Assembly: GCF_009914755.1 (NCBI RefSeq)
Contig: NC_060934.1
Length of the DNA stretch: 64,000 nucleotides
Source of the DNA: the human T2T-CHM13v2.0 reference genome, Homo sapiens
Direction: 5' to 3' (one strand)
Shown: positions 32,050-44,203 of the stretch, piece after piece
Position numbering within the stretch: position 1 is the stretch's first letter
How the letters are laid out: every line of letters starts with the position of its first letter
Made by a program: the position numbers and the translations under genes
The notes under the pieces: generated by a model
Told to the model about the DNA's origin: nothing
Databases searched by the model: none
What the model saw: the letters and a program-made list of their open reading frames with translations, nothing else

Positions 32050-33071
32050 CTACAAAAAAATAATCACAGATGGTTTTAATGGCTATAACTTGCTCCTATA
32101 ATCCATGATGGGCTTTGGGGGGCTCTTCATAACTACTGTGTAAATATGTCATTAAGGGCTTTTCAAAAAATTGACATTGTTTAATCAACTCTACTTAACA
32201 GCTCTGTTAGTTGAGAAGAGATCATCAGAAAAATAATTAGGAAAACCTTCAAAATCATACTAATCTTCAATTCTTTGATACTTCCTCTGATTAAATCTCC
32301 TTGGAAATACAGGTTGGCTACTGTAAACTCTTGCTGCATAACCTAAGAACATTTTAAAAGACAAATATTTAAGCCTCATGTTGTATAATCATTCTATCTT
32401 CTGTTGGATGTAACCAGATTTGTGTTCATCTTCAGAAAGCAGGCAGATTTTTTTTAAAAACTGCTTCCTATCCATCCTTTTTGAGAGAAAGGCAACTTCT
32501 CCAATACAAACGCTGTTTGGCTTGGATATAAGCTCTTTGGCACATTTCAGTTTCCGTGAATGGCAGGGAACCTGCCACGGTCATTTCTGCAGCCTCAGGC
32601 TCTCAGGGTGTTCAAGTCCTCAGAAGTGGTAAGTTCCATGTCTTGTCACCACCATGACAAGGATGAGACCTCCAAAAAGGACATTTGGATGAGAAATGGA
32701 GAGAGTCCTGGTCACAGAGATCCCAGGTCAAGGATGGTCACCCACCCATTCTCCACCTCTCTGACTCCGCTTTCCTTCTCACTCCCAGGTCTCATGAATC
32801 TGTGACAAACCTCCCTATCCATTTTTAAATCCCCTCTCTTGAAATCACAAGAATCACAGACCTCTTCCATAATCCCAGAGATCATAAATGTGAAAATGAT
32901 CTAAAACAAAATGACCCGGCATCAATCAAACCTGTTCTGCTCGATCTCCAAATGGTGTGGAATGGCACGTGTGATGGAATGCTCAGCACAGACTGCCCAA
33001 CTCTACAGCCCCCAGGAATTTCATCCCAACACAGTCTCAGGCTTGGTTCAGAACCACCATGTCAAACTTAA

Positions 33072-33476
<405 letters not shown>

Positions 33477-36049
33477 CTCAATCCCTGACTCTTTTATCCA
33501 CCTCTTGCCTTCCTAAGACCCTCAGCATGAGACCACAAATGTCTGTCCCCTGTCCATCACCAACTGAGGACAGTGGGATTTCAAGGACAGTATTTGATGG
33601 ACTGAAGATGCCGATGCAAAAATCTTCCAGTGTCTAGGATGTCCCTATGGGAAGCCAACTCTCAAAGAGGCAATAAGGCTACGTCAGCACCTCATAGGCG
33701 CATGCTGACATTAAAGAAGCCACTCAGACCCACACACCAGCTCCCTCTCCAAGCTTGCTTCATTCAGGGCCCCGGGAGGCACTGCCCACAGCCCCACTCC
33801 ACAGCCTTCTTCCCATCGTGTTCGTGGCTAGGTCATGGTGGCAAAGTCAACCTTGATCCTTCCTAGTAAGTTTCCCAGCCTCCTGCCCAATCGTGTCTTA
33901 GTTCCTAGATTTTTTTTTTTTCCATGGGGTCCATCCCGCTGATGGGGTCTTGTCCATCCTGCTGATGGGGTCTTGTCTGTTCTGGCCAGTCCCAATCACG
34001 AGGTCTGGGGCATGCAACCTGAATTGTCCATCCGGAGGCACCATCCACACGCTGGGACATTAACACTTCATCTTAGAAAATTAGAAAATCGATAGCAAAA
34101 GATATCTGAACTACCAGGTGTGACCCCACCCAGCCACTCTTCCGGGCCAGCCTTATTCTGCACCCATGACGGCTCCAGCTTCTGTCCTCTCCCACGCTTT
34201 AGTGCCATCTTGCTTCCTCCTAATAAATGTCTTCCCAAAGTGGCCATGAACTGGCCACGACAGCTCGCTACATCTTGAAATACAAATATGTTTAATTTTT
34301 GTGTAGCTTGTCATTGCTCCAGGCTCACTGTGTTGGTTTACGGCATTCCCACTTTTAACAAGCTGGAATAAAGACTGTTTTATACTTTAAGTCTGCATGA
34401 CAAAGAAGAGAAGAGTTCTACCATAGCCATAATAATAATACATTTCAACTCCTAGAACAGCAGGTTTTTACAATCTTGTTTTTCCTCCTGTGCAAATCCC
34501 CCTGAGGTTAGCCTTTGCTGTTGCCACCTACTTGGTAGACACCAAAGAAATTTACAACTTTTTGGAGGATTGAGTGCCATAAATCAATTATGCTGCTTTA
34601 CTATGCAATGGCTGGCAATTCCCTTGGTAGTAGCCACACACCCTCTGGATCTGTGGATGGGGCTATCCGCTCCTCTGGTAAAAGGCATTAGATTGCTCTA
34701 CTGTTGATACCACTTTTCCCAGCTCCTCTACCTCCTTCCTTGCAATTGGGTGGCCCACTAGGATTTATTTGTGATATCAATATGCATGACTAACAGCTGT
34801 CTTCTCATGCTTCTAATTTTCTGCTTCCAACATGTGCTGGGCTTCAAAATCAAGTAATGTGATTGTTGTCTCTGAATGTGGTAGGATTTGAAAAGGCTCT
34901 CCAGTGAATAACACACATACACTAGTACTAATTAGTTTTGTGTGTTGTTGTTTTTTCATGGGGGCTTTGTTCCTTATTCATTTAACAACTGCTGAGCTTT
35001 AACTATGTGCAAGGCATTATAAGAAATCAAAAGGTGAATAAAATACCATCCTTAACCAGAAGAATGAGGATGGATAAAAACTGCATTTCTCATTACCACC
35101 TTCATTCTTAGCACTGCTCTAAGGAGTTTACACAAATCCCATTTAATGCACAAAACGATCCTGTAAGGCAGGTCTCATTATCTCCAGTTTACATATGGGA
35201 ATACTGCAGGTCACAAAGTTGAGAGAGAAAATACCTAGCCCAGGTTCGCACGTTTAATTAAGTGGTGGCATTAGGATCCAAAATGTGTATTTCTGAAAAC
35301 AAAACATTCACGCAGCCTTACTTTCATAAGCAAATGGCTGAGATCAGTTATACATAAACAATTATATAGCACAGGCAAGTATGATCAAAATTCTCTGAGC
35401 TCACAGGGGGTAAAAAGGCAACTCTTCGACAGTATTCTGGACAGTGGACGTGGCCGAGTGAGGAGCTACTGGCTAAGGGAAAGACACTGTACCCGTGTGG
35501 CTGTATTTCAAGTGCCCTGCTATTAGGGCGCAGATACTTCTCCACTCATACGGCCCTTTGTCAAGGCCTATTAAAGCCTCTTACCTGTAAAAAAAAAAAT
35601 ATATATATATATATCTGATGAGGAGGGAACTTTCCACATGACAGGTTACAGAGAGCGTTTGCCATCAAACCGAGAGCAAGATTGTGTCAGTTTGTCACGG
35701 TGAAGATGAGGACAGTGTGATGCAAGCAGATGAAGTCGCTTTTTTCTGAAGTCGCTTTTTTCTGGGCTCCTTTCAGTGCTAGGCAGGCCTGAGGCCCTAG
35801 CTCAGGCCAGGTGACTCACACCAACACTTCCCACCCCGTATACTGGTCGGAGGAGCCACTTACTAGACATAACTCAGTTCCAGAGATGCCAGTGTTTTAT
35901 TTCAATACCAGCAGAGAGCAGGGGCCTTTCTATTCATCCACAGGCGGATTCTCCCAGAAGGGACGCTCCAGGTGCCAGGGTCAGGTCAGTGCCTGGCTCT
36001 TGGAAGTTTCCATAGCTGTTGAACAGACCTCTAAAAATGTATAGCATAA

Positions 36050-36316
<267 letters not shown>

Positions 36317-36446
36317 TAGAGGAGTCATATTCCCCATGCCTCCAGAGATTAGAGTTTCAAATCAGCTCCCAACACCTCTTGCTAAGCCAAGGAGTGAAAC
36401 AGTCAACAGCAGGGCAGAAATGGCCAACAAATAAATAAGTACACTG

Positions 36447-36763
36447 GGGCCGGGCGTGGTGGCTCACGCCTGTAATCCCAGCACTTTGGGAGGCCGGGGC
36501 AGGCAGATCACAAGGTCAGGAGATCAAGACTATCCTGGCTAACATGGTGAAACCCTGTCTCTACTAAAAATACTAAAAATTAGCCAGGCGTGATGGTGGG
36601 CACCTGTAGTTCCAGCTACTCGGGAGGTGAGGCAGGAGAATGGTGTGAACCCAGGAGGTGGGGCTTGCAGTGAGCCGAGATCGTGCCACTACACTCCAGC
36701 CTGGGTGACACAGTGAGACTCCATCTCAAAATAAATAAAAATAAATAAATAAATAAATAAAAT
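36447..36763 (+). mobile_element. AluY-like with TSD
   Basis: TSD aaataagtacactggg. Contains ggagaatggtgtgaaccc. Confidence 0.94.
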
Positions 36764-37389
36764 AAGTACACTGGGGGCCACCACAGAAGACACCCTTTGC
36801 CAAAATTGAGTTCATCACTGAGTACACACTATTGGCCAAAAGTTGACTATATTACCAGTGTGCTTCAATATAAAATGCTTAATAACAACCGTATCATATA
36901 TTCCCACCCAAAAAACACCAGGCACAGAATAGAACCCCAATATGCACTGATTGATATTAAAGTGTTTCCATTACTATGTCAACAGTAATGTGGTGATACA
37001 GTGGACCAAATCAACAGCCAGTAGCCATTTTTACCCATCCACCCAAGATCTTCCTGTCAGCTCTTGTTTTCCTATTAGCAAAGAACTCAGAGAAAGACTT
37101 GCAAATATATTACCAAAGGAATCCAATGACGGAAACAGAAACTCAGCAAATGCTCAATTATGATAAATCCTTCCAAAGCCCTAAGAACATCTAAGCATCT
37201 AAATCATAAAGAAAAAAAAAAAAAAACATCTTAATGGGTAAATGAGAAGGGCTATGGTTGAGTACCATTTGTGAAAACTGGTCCTCAAGCTTTCTTGTTC
37301 ATATACCCCCCATACAAGAATCTTGAAGAACTCATGTCCTCCCATCATGCATTTTCAATTTGGCGTTGAGAAATGTTTCATTCATTTCA

Positions 37390-37864
<475 letters not shown>

Positions 37865-39267
37865 CTACTTTAACAGCAGCCTATATGCCCCAGACTCTTA
37901 TCCCAACAGTCTCGTATTGTTTATCCTATCCAATTTCTCTGCAACAACAACAAAAAGTAGGCAGTATATAATTCAACTTTTTAAAAAATTTCTTTGACCA
38001 TAAGAGAAAAATTTTCTTTTGGCTTAGATGATTAAAATTGTCATTAGTCTTGATCAAAATAACACGAATAACGTGGCAGTGTCATGAGTAAACATAAAAA
38101 GATAAACTGGTGTGTCTGCATGTCACGGCTGGCATAGTGGGCATGAGATCTCGATACCTCAGTTGGTGACATCCTTCTCAACCAACGTAGGAGAGGAAAG
38201 AGTGGGAGAGAAGACGGGACAGGTGGGAAAGGACGGCACTGGTCTATTCTCAGGCAGATCAGTCTCATGGAAGAGACAGGCCTGGTGGATGTAGAAACTG
38301 GCTCCCTAAATCCACGCGTGCCCAAATCATCCTTAGAAAGACTTCTAGTTCACAGGGGCTGTATCTGAACCCTAAAACAGGCCCAGACACACCAAGTGCA
38401 AATACAAATGTAGCTCACGTAGCACATGTTTAAGATTTACAAGTTATTAATCAAGCAAACAGGCTTTTAAGTAAAGTATGCCCTGTCCTCCTTCACTGAC
38501 AAATATATCTTCATAATGTCAATCAAAAAGTCTGGAAAAGCACTAGAGCACAGAAGACAGAAAGTTGGCCAAAAGCCAGAGATGACTAAATTCAATTATG
38601 AGAACATGAGTCTGGGTGTTCTGCTGATGGGCCAGCAATGTTTGGATGAGTAATCAGATAAAGACGTAAGTCATAAATGATTTTATCTTTATCTATTTGG
38701 CCTTCCTTTCAGCAAAATTAACTATTTAGTTAAAAATCTAGATTTTCACATAATTTATGTTCTAGTCACAGAAATCACCTAACAGATTAAAAGATAAAAT
38801 ATCACTATACCCAGTCTACTTCATCTTAATTCTTTTCATCAAAATACGTAAACTGAAGAAAATGCTAAATTCAAATTTTTTAATCATTTTGTTCAAAAAT
38901 GCTATTTTCCTTCTAAGTGTCCTACGATTCCAAATGTCCTCCTACTCTTTCTAAAGTGTCTACTAAAATTAATAGGGAAATGCAAATTAAAATTAGTGAA
39001 TATCAAACATTTTAATTTAAAATATTAAAATAAAATTAAATATTTTATCTATTTTTTCAGCACTGAATCTCATTAAGCATGTTTATAAAGAAATAAAACT
39101 ATCCACAGTTCTAGCATTCAACATTCACTCAGTTGCCAATGTAAAAAGTCAACATCGGCTTCATCCATGTCACGTCTAGGGTTCCAGATTCCCATATGTG
39201 AGAACAGTGTGAATTTGTATGGTAAAATATTTCATTTTCATTTTGTAAAACAAAGTTAATTTTGTTC

Positions 39268-39553
39268 ATGTCTGTAACCCCAGCCCTTTGGGAGGCCGAG
39301 GCGGCTGGATCACAAGATCAGGAGTTCAAGACCAGCCTGGCTAAGATAGTGAAACCCCTTCTCTATTAAAAATACAAAAAAATTAGCTGGGCGTGGTGGC
39401 GGGCGCCTGTAATCCCAGTTATTCAGAAGGCTGAGGCAGAGAACTGCTTGAACCCAGGAGGCAGAGGCTGCAGTAAGCCGAGATAGAGCCACTGCTCTCC
39501 AGCCTGGGCGACAAGGTGCAACTCTGTCTCAAAAATAAATAAATAAATAAATA
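39268..39553 (+). mobile_element. AluS
   Basis: Dimer with (TAAA)n tail. Confidence 0.93.
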
Positions 39554-40093
39554 ATGAAGCCCCAGTCAATGTATACAACTGTTGGAAATTCTGTACTAAT
39601 TTCTTCCAGAATAGAAACTGCTCAGAACTATTGCAAAGTGATTCTTCACTCTGTAAAAAATTTATTATATTTGTGCTTTCTGAAAGAAGTAATTTGACCA
39701 TTAATTTATCTCTTACTCTGACAGTGGCAACACCACAACTCACAAAATCACAGCATTCGGACACAGGTCTTTTTTCCCAAGGGCACAAGAGATGCAGAGA
39801 ATTTCTCCATTTGAGCCTGATGTGTAGGTACAGGGTGCTGGAGACCAGTCCTGAAAACAGGATCCGAGGGAGAGGCATCTCCGTACTCTTGAATACACAT
39901 GGTTGTCTGTGCATGTGATTCTCTGCGTTCTCTAAAAGGCACACCCCAGGCTGGAGGCCCCTCTCATCCTCGTGGAAGTGTAATGCTAACCTCAAAGGCT
40001 GCTCATGTGTTCGTTTTTTTCCTGGGGTTGAGGACAGGCCATATAGTGATTAAGATGCAGGATTTCAAAGGAGTTCAAGGCAACCCATGATGA

Positions 40094-40436
<343 letters not shown>

Positions 40437-40937
40437 AGCTACTGCCTTTTTAAATGCATGCCACAGAACCCTGTACCCGGAAGTACATCCTCATTAGCAA
40501 AATCTCTTGTAAGTAATCCCAGTGGGTACCTGTAGAGTGATATGCAGTTATGGAAATTGACACAGAATTCAGATAAATCATGGTGGCCCTGCTGAGCAGC
40601 AGGCAGTGAGCCTAAAAAGTGGGTGAAATGTCTCTGCCTCTTCTTCCTACCCACTTCGTATTGGTTTTCAAGAGACTCTCTGACCTGCCACTCTGACATT
40701 TATACTTTCACAGCATTAAAGATAATCCATGCATTTACTTCGCAATCTCTCGAATTCCTACCAGAGCTTTCTGTTAAGGGCATCTATATTCAGAAATATC
40801 AACTGAACATTGTCTGTTAGGGCAAAGTAGCACAGTGATTCCAAGTGTACATAAAATGTTCTGCCTCTCCAGAAGGCATTAAGATGACGCCAGGGGAGAG
40901 CAAGTGGGCGATTCAGCTCTAGCTCTGAATCCACGCC

Positions 40938-41385
40938 TGGCAGGGTTAATTTTATGCATCAACTTGGCTGGGCCACGGTGCCCAGACAAGACATCTGGTC
41001 ACACATTACTCTGGGTGGTTCTGTGAAGGTGTTGTTGGATGCGACTAACATTTAAATAAGTACACACTGACCAGCAGATCATCCTCTTGCTTGTGGGTGG
41101 GCCTCATCAAATCAGTCGAAGGCCCAAATAGATTGAAAGGCTGACCTCCCCAAAGCCCGAGGGGATTCTCCAGCAGGCAGCCTTCGGACTTCATCTGCAA
41201 CACTGGCTCCCCCTGCTTCAGACTCAAACTGCAGCTCTTTCCTAAGTTTCCAGCCTACAGATCTTCCCCATCAGATTTTGGGCTCACTGGTCATCCACAA
41301 TCACATGTTCCTAAACATAAAATTTCTTGCTATGTATGTACTGACCCTATCAGGTCTATTTCTCTGGAAAACCCTGACTAAAACA
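40938..41385 (+). mobile_element. MLT2 (ERVL) solo LTR
   Basis: ggttaattttatgcatcaacttggctgggcc...gtgggtgggcctcatcaaatcag...tttctctggaaaaccctgactaaaaca. Confidence 0.88.
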
Positions 41386-41649
41386 ATTCCAAATTAACCT
41401 CTGAATAATCCTTGGGAACCATCTAAGTTCCCAAGACTTTGAACTGAAGGTCGTACTCACCAAGCTTTAACATGATTCTAGACTCAGGAGACAAGCTTTG
41501 CACAAACCAACCATTCCCTGAGAGCCAGGCTCAAAAAGGCAGACTCTCCCTAATGACCGGCAGAACCTAAGGACTCGAGTTGGAGGCACGACCGTTGGTA
41601 TGGCTCTGGAATGTTGGCACAGCCCTGGAGTGAAACCCAATGGAACCCA

Positions 41650-42640
41650 GCATGGCCCTGGGACATCAGCATGGCCCCGGAATGAATGGAGGCATGGCTC
41701 TAGAACACCTGCATGGCCCTGTGACATCAACATGGCCCTAGAACATCTGCATGGCCCAGTGACATCAACATGGCCCTAGAACATCTGCATGGGCCTAGAA
41801 CATCTGCATGGCCCTGTGACATCACCATGGCCCTAGAACACTGCATGGCCCTGTGACATCAACATGGCCCTGGAACATCTGCATGGCCCTGTGACCTCAA
41901 CATGGCCCTAGAACATCTGCATGGCCCTGGAATGGAGGCACTGCCCTAGAACACCTGCATGGCCCTAGAACACCTGCATGGCCCTGTGACATCAACATGG
42001 CCCTAGAACATCTGCATGGCCATGGAACATCTGCATGGCCCTAGAACATCTGCATGGCCCTGTGACATCAACATGGCCCTAGAACATCTGCATGGCCCTA
42101 GAACATCTGCATGGCCCTGTGACATCAACATGGCCCTAGAACATCTGCATGGCCCTAGAACATCTGCATGGCCCTGGAATGGAGGCATTGCCCTAGAACA
42201 CCGGCATGGCCCTAGAACACCTGCATGGCCCTGGAACAGAGGCATGGCCCGAGAACATCTGTATGGCCATGGAAGGGAGGCATGGTTCTAGAACATCTGC
42301 ATGGCCCTAGAACATCTGCATGGCCCTGGAATGGAGGCACGGCTCTAGAACATCAGCATGGCCCTGGGACATCAGCATGGCGCTAGAACATCTACTTGGC
42401 CCTGGAATGGAGGCATGGTGGCTCTGGAATGAAGGCATGGCTCTTGAACATCTGCATGGCCCTGAGACATCAGCATGGCCCTAGAACATCTGCATGGCCC
42501 TGGAATGGAGGCATGGTGGCCCTGGAATGGAGGCATGGTGGCCCTGCAATGGAGGCATGGCCCTAGAACATCTGCATACCCCTGGGACATCAGCATGTCC
42601 CTAGAACATCTGCATGGCCCTAGAATGGAGGTATGCCCTG
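41650..42640 (+). repeat. 19-bp-unit minisatellite/VNTR (~50 units, three variant types)
   Basis: Units are CATGGCCCT plus one of agaacatctg, gtgacatcaa or ggaatggagg. Confidence 0.96.
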
Positions 42641-43903
42641 AAATATGGAGCCATGAGAGAAGACTTAATAAGAAGCAGCAGGGGAGTCAGAGGCTTGGAT
42701 AGGAGGCCAGAGCTGCGAGCACAGTGGGAGAAGCTCCCCAGTCCAACAAACTAGAGGACGGTCAGTGGCACGAAGAAGAGTGAACAGGTGGAGGTGGAGG
42801 GGGAATAAAGGGAGGTCAACGAGGCAGGGTCAAGCCTGGAGCAGCCAGACATCCTGCAGGCCGAGCTGTGCCCGGGGGCCTTGTCTGTGTAAAGCTGCCA
42901 CGGGGCTTCCCATACAAGTGAAACCCAAGGATCATTCAGGACGTTCAAAGGTCCACCCAGAGCAGGAACGGGGCCAGATGGGAGCTGAGCCCTCCATGCA
43001 CCCGAGGCCGTGATCATCTGAGCTGCATCTGGAGCAGGCCAGGGCCAGGATCCTTACAAGGGGAGGTGGGGCACCAAGGGAGGGAGAGGCCAGATGAGTT
43101 GGAGGCTCTGACAATTATGGAAGTGAAGGAGTTAACACGGAAGCAAAAATGAGCCACGAGGCCATGGAAACACACAGCACCAACTCCCCCCTCGAATTCC
43201 ACTCAGAATCAAACACATGCTTGACTTAAATTACATATGTTGCTGGGTTGAGAAGCAGGAGAAAATAAATTCATTTATGACTAGCACTAAAAAGGAAAAC
43301 CTTCTAGTCACTGCTTCATGCTTACGGTTTTCATGTAGCGCAGAAAAACCCAAATAGCATCTGATGCAATTTACATAACTTTACATAATCTCATGGTTAC
43401 CATTCGGCAAAGAACTTCCAGACCACATCTCTTCCACTTATTTGCCGCCAAAAAAGACAAATTGGAAAATATTCTGGACAGCAGCTTTCTACCCTACTCT
43501 TAAAAATCACCAAGAAACCAACTCTACAACTTTTCTCAGTGATATTCAGTCTGACCATTTTAATCTAAAGTCTTAATGATATAATCTAATCAATAAACAA
43601 ATATTTACAGACCTCCTGCTATTTTCAAAGCATCGATTTCAGAACTGGCCAGAATCCTCTTAGCTTAAAATCTACTTCAAACTGCCTGATCTGGGAACAA
43701 ACACACTTTCTTCAACTATGAAATAAGAATAATACCAGCCACTTCAAAAGGATGTTCTGAGGATTGACAGGATTAAACGTCGTTACCTGGTACCACAGGA
43801 GGTGCACACAAAAGTATCTTCTAATTGGAGAGCTATGACACAAACAGAATGAAATTCGTGATTCATTCATTCACTGTTCAAGATGACCAAAGAGAGTGTG
43901 TGG

Positions 43904-44203
43904 GGCCAGGCACACTGGCTCACGCCTGTAACCCCAGCACTCTGGGAGGCCAAGGTGGAAAGATCATTTGAGCTCAGGAATTCGAGACTAGCCTGGGCAA
44001 CACAGGAAGACCCCCATCTCTACGAAAATACAAAATTAGCTAGGCATGGTGGTGCGTGCCTGTAGTTCCAGCTACTCATGAGGCTGAGGTAGAAGGATAG
44101 CTTGACCCCGGGAGGCAGAGGTTGCAGTGAGCCAAAATTACGCCACTACATTCCAGACTGGAAGACAGAATGAGACCCTGTCTCAAAAAAATAAAAATAA
44201 AAA
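43904..44203 (+). mobile_element. AluJ
   Basis: Diverged dimer. TSD aaagagagtgtgtgg on both sides. Confidence 0.92.

Noticed and set aside
41650-42640. CRISPR-like repeat-spacer appearance and 19-aa periodic ORFs
   Set aside because: The constant part is only 9 nt, the variable parts recur as three types rather than unique spacers, there are no cas genes, and the context is a primate intron. It is a VNTR.
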